Source of the DNA: a virus
Lineage: Duplodnaviria > Caudoviricetes
Length of the DNA: 40,749 bases
IMG/VR virus record: IMGVR_UViG_3300037484_000319
Location: 1 to 40,749 of that record
Direction: 5' to 3' (one strand)
Position 1 is the stretch's first letter. Each line of letters begins with the position of its first letter. Both the position numbers and the translations under genes were made by a program. A model generated the notes under the pieces. The model saw nothing but the letters and a program-made list of their open reading frames with translations, was not told the origin of the DNA and made no database searches. Positions 35,867-40,749 of the stretch are shown here, piece after piece.

Positions 35867-36441
35867 TAGATGTGTCTCCAAGTTTTATGTTTTAGGATTG
35901 CCTGTATGGTGGTTGGGGAGACATTGAATTCTTTAGCTAGATCGTAAGAAGTTGTTTTCCCTGGACAATATTTATTGCGTATATGTCTGACATTTTCTTC
36001 AGTTAATTTTGCGAGTGGATTACACTCACCTCTTTTGAATCCTTCCTTATTTTTACGAGGCCCACGTGCCAATTTTTCAGGATTGGTTCGGCTATAATGT
36101 TGATCTCCCTTTGGATATTTTTCAGGATGTTTTCTATATCCATTACGGTCACCTAATGCACTCCTTTTTTTCCTGGCCATATCACGGTTATTATCTAAGG
36201 CTGTTCCCAAAAATAAATGCTCAGGTCTAACACATCCACGATTGTCACAATGATGACAAACATACAGACCTTCAGGTATGGGGCCATTAGTTAGAATCCA
36301 TGAAACGCGATGCGCCCGTTGAGTTCTTCCCTGAAACCAAACCTTTCCATATCCGCGACCAACCTTCGGACCCGTCCAAATCCAACATTCTCCGGACTTG
36401 TTAATTCTTGACCAAAATTTATCCGCTGCAGTTATTGTCAT
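35866..36441 (-). CDS. HNH endonuclease (HNH_3 type) with C-terminal HTH
   Basis: CWIWTG....[31 protein letters not shown] and [11 protein letters not shown] motifs. Confidence 0.92.
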   Translation of the reverse strand: MTITAADKFWSRINKSGECWIWTGPKVGRGYGKVWFQGRTQRAHRVSWILTNGPIPEGLYVCHHCDNRGCVRPEHLFLGTALDNNRDMARKKRSALGDRNGYRKHPEKYPKGDQHYSRTNPEKLARGPRKNKEGFKRGECNPLAKLTEENVRHIRNKYCPGKTTSYDLAKEFNVSPTTIQAILKHKTWRHI

Positions 36442-36457
36442 TTTGCCTTTGTATCTT

Positions 36458-36582
36458 GGCCCTGGCTTTCACCAGGGCCTTTTGAGGAGAATAGTGGAGG
36501 CGCTCATCTCTCCACCGTTGAGCCTGCCAGGCTGGAGAAGGAGATTAGCCTGTCAAGCTCATGGGTGGAGAGAGTCACCTCC
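36458..36582 (-). ncRNA. Structured intergenic element: long bulged hairpin with CU-rich loop plus an 8-bp hairpin
   Basis: Nested helices 36496-36533/36547-36582; hairpin ggccctgg/ccagggcc at 36458-36479. Confidence 0.45.
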
Positions 36583-36893
36583 TAGGTGCCAGCTGCCTGC
36601 CTGAGTAAGGCGACGATGGCATCGATATCGTTTTTGAGTCGGGGATACGTGCCCTTTTCAGCATCGATCATCTCCGCGACTCTCCGTAGCACCGTTACCT
36701 CGGGTCTGCAGGCTGCGATCGCACCCGCCTCGAGGTTGAGCATGGACTGTGCATCGCTCAATAGATCATTGGCAGCCTGCAGGTTGCGCTCAGTAGCAAG
36801 TTTGACCAAATCATCCCAAGAGAGATACTCAGCTTCGGGTACGTGCACGAGCAGTAAGTTGATATCGGGCAGACTTACTGCCTGCATGATCAT
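36582..36893 (-). CDS. Hypothetical protein
   Basis: ATGA-coupled ORF in the early operon. Confidence 0.55.
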   Translation of the reverse strand: MIMQAVSLPDINLLLVHVPEAEYLSWDDLVKLATERNLQAANDLLSDAQSMLNLEAGAIAACRPEVTVLRRVAEMIDAEKGTYPRLKNDIDAIVALLRQAAGT

Positions 36894-37630
36894 TTACTTA
36901 GCTCCTGGGTGATCAGATCGACAACTTCTTCCGAGTCGATCGTGAAGTACTTTGCCAGAAGTGCCTGGCCGGCGATTGCAGTGCCGAGACTTGCCTGGAT
37001 CTTCTCGAGATCGCCGCCGCCGGCGCGGACTGCATTGCGGACATAAGGCGTTAGAAACTTGAGAGCAGTTTCCCTTTCTTTATTTCCGTTGTCCGATGCT
37101 GCAGCTGCAGGTGCTGGGTTGGCTGCTGGCGCAGTCGCGCCTGTCTGACTTGCGCCCCGACACTCGGCTTCGTCCTTGAAGATCTTCAAAAACTTGAACG
37201 TGGTTGAGTCGCGCTCTTCGCCGTTTTTGTTGGTGTATTTTTGCCCGGTGGCCACGAGCTGCGCGTGTACGAATGAGTTGTTGAGCGACTTCAGATCCTC
37301 CAACCCGATCTCACGCAGGTTCGGCAGCACCAGGTCGGGCCACTCGCCGAACTCGGCAATATACTGGCGGTAAAGCGGCTGTTCGTCGGGTTGTTCGTCC
37401 AGCTTGTGCACGGCCACTTCGATCGCTGTCAGCGGGCGCAGTTCTTTGCCCGTGTTTGGGTCCAGCTGCCCGGCCTCATAAGGCACTTTGCCCTGGCCCT
37501 TGACCAGTGCGCACAGCCAGACATTGATCACGCATTTCCCGAAGATTTCGGTCGGGGGTGGCGGGGGCGGGTTCATCGCACGAGCCCAGGGATCAGTTGC
37601 AGGTGTTACAGGTGTTGCTTGGGTAGTCAT
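36890..37630 (-). CDS. Hypothetical protein, possibly ssDNA-binding
   Basis: Position upstream of the recombination genes; beta-rich N-domain and Ala/Pro linker; start set at ATG 37630. Confidence 0.6.
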   Translation of the reverse strand: MTTQATPVTPATDPWARAMNPPPPPPTEIFGKCVINVWLCALVKGQGKVPYEAGQLDPNTGKELRPLTAIEVAVHKLDEQPDEQPLYRQYIAEFGEWPDLVLPNLREIGLEDLKSLNNSFVHAQLVATGQKYTNKNGEERDSTTFKFLKIFKDEAECRGASQTGATAPAANPAPAAAASDNGNKERETALKFLTPYVRNAVRAGGGDLEKIQASLGTAIAGQALLAKYFTIDSEEVVDLITQELSK

Positions 37631-37652
37631 AATTTTTTTCCTTTTACTCTTT

Positions 37653-37874
37653 TTAGTTTGGTTTTGTTTGTGCGCCTTCTCTTTCAAGAAAGCGCAGGAT
37701 AGTTTGTAAGCAGTTGATTACAATTGCGATTCTGATTACCTCCTGTTCTCTGGTCATCTGCTCGGTAAGCAGCGGGGAGACTATACGCAGTGCCTTGGCG
37801 GCTTCTTCCGCGCTGCGGTCTCTGGCCTCTTTGGAATTATTCGGCCATTCCCTGGGTAATGTCATGGATTGCAC
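37653..37874 (-). CDS. Hypothetical protein
   Basis: Co-oriented ORF in the early operon; start uncertain. Confidence 0.5.
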   Translation of the reverse strand: MQSMTLPREWPNNSKEARDRSAEEAAKALRIVSPLLTEQMTREQEVIRIAIVINCLQTILRFLEREGAQTKPN

Positions 37875-38169
37875 TCAGCAAGTCTTTCTCACGACGACGG
37901 ACGTGCCGGTATACTGAGCCTAAAATCATCGGCAGGCCGGATGCAATAAAACCAATTAGCACGAGCATGCTTGCCTGCCACGAGATTAAGCTCACACCGC
38001 AGAGAGTTATTAAAACGCCGAATGCTACAAGAAATGCCACATAGCCCTCGTGATAACCTTTGCGCTCAAGCCAACCAACAAGCAGGTTGTAGAGGATGCC
38101 AAATAAGACCAGCATCCCAAATACCGCCAAAATCGTGCTTGAATTAAGCCGGATTGAGATCTGTATCAT
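37837..38169 (-). CDS. Three-TM membrane protein
   Basis: Three hydrophobic segments and a basic C-terminus. Confidence 0.65.
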   Translation of the reverse strand: MIQISIRLNSSTILAVFGMLVLFGILYNLLVGWLERKGYHEGYVAFLVAFGVLITLCGVSLISWQASMLVLIGFIASGLPMILGSVYRHVRRREKDLLSAIHDITQGMAE

Positions 38170-38200
38170 TTTGGATGTATCCTGTTGAATGTGAATAGAT

Positions 38201-38599
38201 TTATGGACATTGCCCCTCCCAATATCCCGTCGTGGCTTTGAAGCCGGTGATAATGCTGTGAGTAATCGTATTGATCACCAAACCTACAGATTTGCCGGGG
38301 GAATCGGGCGCCTCACAAAAAGCTACCGCCGTGCCGTTTCCCCGGTCGCATTGATATGGATCGCAATATTCATCAAAGTATGTCTGGATGGTCGTTGCAT
38401 TCCAGGTTTGCTCGGCGTGCGATGTTTGTGCGTGGTCCACCAGGCTCAGGTCGCCATATTTGATGGCTGCAATCACGTCCTTGATGCTATTGGCCACATC
38501 TTGAGGCATGAGTGCCAGCAGAATAAAAAAAACAACGATGATTAAAAAACTGACCCCAACAAATTCCATTACGCTTTGTCCGCACTCACGCTTGTTCAT
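38201..38599 (-). CDS. Pilin-like (class III signal peptide) protein with Cys-containing C-terminal domain
   Basis: MNKRECG|QSVMEF: basic leader, Gly-1, Glu+5, then an ~18-aa hydrophobic helix. Confidence 0.7.
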   Translation of the reverse strand: MNKRECGQSVMEFVGVSFLIIVVFFILLALMPQDVANSIKDVIAAIKYGDLSLVDHAQTSHAEQTWNATTIQTYFDEYCDPYQCDRGNGTAVAFCEAPDSPGKSVGLVINTITHSIITGFKATTGYWEGQCP

Positions 38600-38801
38600 T
38601 TTCCACCTTCCAGTTATTGATGGTCTGAGTCATGTAAGCGACAATCTCTGGCTCCGCACCCTCGGTGACGATCTGGCAAAGTGCGCTCAGTATGTCGGGC
38701 GCGTTGATCTCAAGCTGATCGTTGTTGATCATCTTGTTGCTGGCTTTTTCTAATGCAAAACATACGTCGTTGATCTCGCTGACTGAAAATTTCATGATCA
38801 T
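38586..38801 (-). CDS. Hypothetical protein
   Basis: ATGA-coupled to the cro-like gene. Confidence 0.55.
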   Translation of the reverse strand: MIMKFSVSEINDVCFALEKASNKMINNDQLEINAPDILSALCQIVTEGAEPEIVAYMTQTINNWKVENEQA

Positions 38802-39085
38802 CGCCTCTTTAGATTTATGTTTAGCGATAACGCGCTTGGGTCAAATTCCCTCGCCCACTCGGGGTTAATCACCCCGAGGATTTCTAATGCCATGTCTCGC
38901 CGCCAGTCTTGATAATGCAACGCAATAGCTATCATCAAGTGGTACGCAGGTCGTGTTGCCCCGTCTTCCCAATTTTTAATACTTTGATAGCTGATTGGCT
39001 CGGGGAGATTTTCGGAGATTTCCCCCGCAAAAATGCGCAAGCTTTTTTCACTGCGGTACTTTTTTACGATCGTTGGGATAGTCAC
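38798..39085 (-). CDS. Cro-like XRE HTH regulator
   Basis: SLR.FA...ISYQSIKNWEDG...P; first gene of the leftward operon, divergent from the repressor. Confidence 0.8.
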   Translation of the reverse strand: MTIPTIVKKYRSEKSLRIFAGEISENLPEPISYQSIKNWEDGATRPAYHLMIAIALHYQDWRRDMALEILGVINPEWAREFDPSALSLNINLKRR

Positions 39086-39094
39086 AAATACTCC

Positions 39095-39179
39095 TACTGA
39101 TTATCTGTTATTTACCGATAGTCAGTATTATACCGATTAACAGTGAGTTGTCAAGGGTTGTGATGAAAACTGCTATAAT
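39095..39179. promoter_or_regulatory. Lysis/lysogeny switch: divergent promoters and three tandem operators
   Basis: Minus strand TTGACA (39149-39154)-16 nt-TATAAT (39127-39132); plus strand TGcTATAAT (39171-39179); 15-bp sites at 39095, 39113 and 39131. Confidence 0.8.
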
Positions 39180-39186
39180 CAATCCG

Positions 39187-39516
39187 ATGGATTTTCAAAC
39201 CTGGATCACCAAAAAATATGTAAAATGGCGCGGGGAAGCTGTTGGTAGAAACCGCTCAGTATCTGACTTTGCAGATTTTATCGGCGTAAAACAACAGGCA
39301 ATGTCATCCTGGATGAACGGTTCCATTCCCAAGCGCCACGAGACCATCACCAAACTTGTCGCCAAATTCGGCCCTGAAGTCTATGATGTTCTCGGCATCC
39401 CAAACCCGTATCAAGATGATCGAATTTATGAATTCTTGGATAGAATCTCTAAGATGACCGCTGAGCAGCGCGCCCGCTATCTGGATTTAGGCAACAACAT
39501 ACTGAGCGAGGAATAA
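39187..39516 (+). CDS. CI-like XRE HTH repressor (no S24 peptidase domain)
   Basis: SVSDFADFIGVKQQAMSSWMNGSIP HTH; divergent from cro; probable leaderless ATG at 39187. Confidence 0.82.
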   Translation: MDFQTWITKKYVKWRGEAVGRNRSVSDFADFIGVKQQAMSSWMNGSIPKRHETITKLVAKFGPEVYDVLGIPNPYQDDRIYEFLDRISKMTAEQRARYLDLGNNILSEE

Positions 39517-39541
39517 AAAAAAAGACCAGGTTGTCCTGGTC
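39515..39541. terminator. Hairpin after the repressor, with U-tract on the minus strand
   Basis: A-run followed by gaccagg-ttgt-cctggtc. Confidence 0.55.
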
Positions 39542-39554
39542 ATGAGGGTGAATC

Positions 39555-39785
39555 ATGAAGAAATGTCCAACTTGCGATCACGAACTTGACGACAGTGCTG
39601 TTACCTGCCCAAATTGCGGGCGTACATTCGCGAAGCAACTCCACCCAGTTTTTAAGGTTTTGATCATTCTGGGTGTCCTCTTGGTCTTTATTGTTTTGTA
39701 TTTGTATATCGAAAAATTTATTGATATAACCAGGAATCCACTCAACCTTTTGCCGATTCCTGCACAAGAATTGATTCTATTTTAG
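39555..39785 (+). CDS. Zinc-ribbon plus single-TM protein (immunity-region accessory)
   Basis: CPTC...CPNCG followed by a hydrophobic helix; GAGG SD. Confidence 0.75.
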   Translation: MKKCPTCDHELDDSAVTCPNCGRTFAKQLHPVFKVLIILGVLLVFIVLYLYIEKFIDITRNPLNLLPIPAQELILF

Positions 39786-39898
39786 TGTAGAACACATTAA
39801 CACCAACAACCGCTTTTCGTTCATACCGCCATATCTAGTGGTCTAATACGCCTCATACCCCCACCCGTGCCGGTGCGACCCTCACCCCTCTACCTTCC

Positions 39899-39943
39899 CT
39901 GTGGATCAAGTGGTTGTGGGTTCGACCCCCATCAGGCACCCCA
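39899..39943 (+). repeat. attR core (displaced 3' half of tRNA-His)
   Basis: 45-bp identity with 83-127. Confidence 0.95.
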
Positions 39944-39946
39944 CTA

Positions 39947-39980
39947 AAAACGGGAGATTATATAAAGAATCTCCCGTTTT
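39947..39980 (+). terminator. Original host tRNA-His terminator
   Basis: aaaacgggagatt / aatctcccgtttt 13-bp inverted repeat immediately after attR. Confidence 0.8.
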
Positions 39981-40271
39981 GTATTTATCTAGGTGTTTTA
40001 TGATCAATTTTCGCCTGTCGACCTTTTGGATGCAGTGGTAGTGCAGAACTAATGCAAATGCATGGAAATATAGGCTCATCTGAAGAGATCCAGGTCCAAG
40101 TCCATTTCTGCCTATAAAGAAACCACCAGGGATTGGGGTTTTGGCTATTGTGGAAAAGGAATGTTGTCCAGTGATGGTCAATAATACGAAGGTTGAAAAC
40201 ACCTCGACACGAATTAGAAAATAAGCTAAACTTTAAAGAACATGCTGCTCCTCTGAAATGGCTTCGGTTGG

Positions 40272-40749
40272 GTGAATTCACCACTCCAAGATCATTTTAG
40301 GATTGATAATCGGGAGGATAACTTAAAGCGCCTAAATGTCCTGATCGTTGAAGAAGAAAGCATAGCCCTAAGACTAAAAATAATGTTAGAGGCAATGGGC
40401 TATGCCGTGTCCGTTTACACCTCTAGCGGCGAGACGGCACTCCAGGCTATCGCCGAGTATTCTCCGGATATTGTGCTTATTGACATCCTGCTCGCAGATC
40501 AGTTAATGGGCATGGAAACAGCCGCACACATCCAAAAGATTTACAATATCCCGGTAATATTCCTCATCCCCCATCTTCAAGAAAGCATTTTACAACAGGT
40601 CAAAGTTGCAAATCCCGATGGCTACCTGTTATCACCTTTTCGAGATCAAGATTTACAGACCACTATCGAGATGGGACTGCATAAACATGCTCAGGAATAC
40701 CTGCTCCGAGTGACGAAAAGAACGCTACGCGAGAATGAAGAGCGGCTGG
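40272..40749 (+). CDS. Host response-regulator receiver-domain protein, truncated by the window edge
   Basis: Frame reads LNVLIVEEE...MGYAV...SGETAL......PDIVLIDILL....GMETA..I......IPVIFL...PDGYLLSPF...LRENEERL; not in the ORF track because no stop lies in the window; start uncertain. Confidence 0.8.
   Translation, partial: MNSPLQDHFRIDNREDNLKRLNVLIVEEESIALRLKIMLEAMGYAVSVYTSSGETALQAIAEYSPDIVLIDILLADQLMGMETAAHIQKIYNIPVIFLIPHLQESILQQVKVANPDGYLLSPFRDQDLQTTIEMGLHKHAQEYLLRVTKRTLRENEERL

Larger units (their letters stand above)
83..39943. mobile_element. Complete temperate prophage (siphovirus-like) integrated in tRNA-His; predicted excised circle 39,816 bp
   Basis: Identical 45-bp direct repeats at both ends, adjacent integrase, and full switch, replication, packaging, head, tail and lysis modules. 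Confidence 0.95.

Noticed and set aside
1089-38753. Numerous plus-strand ORFs of 60-225 aa within the phage body
   Set aside because: They are antisense shadows of well-supported minus-strand genes in GC-rich sequence
39824-39850. tRNA D-arm-like fragment (TCTAGTGGTCTA) upstream of attR
   Set aside because: No acceptor or anticodon stem can be built; better explained as the inverted att-flanking site
39906-40284. Two minus-strand ORFs right of attR
   Set aside because: They overlap attR or its terminator region and lack SDs and motifs; probably host intergenic DNA
1-40749. Complete DGR or retron
   Set aside because: No ORF with reverse transcriptase motifs and no AAC-rich template repeat matching 3126-3270 were found by eye

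Overview
The window is almost entirely one apparently intact temperate prophage of about 39.8 kb with a siphovirus-type long non-contractile tail. It is integrated into the 3' half of a host tRNA-His(GTG) gene, bounded by a 45-bp att duplication at 83-127 and 39899-39943. A tyrosine integrase (+) follows the tRNA. Nearly all other phage genes are on the minus strand. From the right end the order is: repressor/cro switch; early genes, including a pilin-like protein; a recombination module (ERCC4 nuclease, Sak4-like ATPase, PD-(D/E)XK nuclease); ParB, J-domain and VWA proteins; VapE-type helicase, origin and Prim-Pol; terminase, portal and minor head protein; a lysis cassette inside the head module; scaffold, capsid and neck; tail genes with a -1 frameshift chaperone; a tail fibre ending in a DGR-type variable region; and an M23 peptidase. 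Four HNH-type genes are interspersed. A host receiver-domain gene begins at the right edge. The host is possibly Chloroflexota (Anaerolineae-like); this is an impression and cannot be proven here. The most notable unexplained signals are: (1) a ~255-nt multi-stem, pseudoknotted candidate ncRNA at ~32258-32514; (2) a duplicated origin whose six iterons all switch from TGTTGCA to TGTTCCA; (3) a DGR-like target with no RT or TR in the prophage; (4) a class III signal (pilin-mimic) early protein; (5) a J-domain plus VWA pair beside the replication genes; (6) two further structured RNA elements upstream of HNH genes. All product calls come from motif recognition by eye; no database searches were run.
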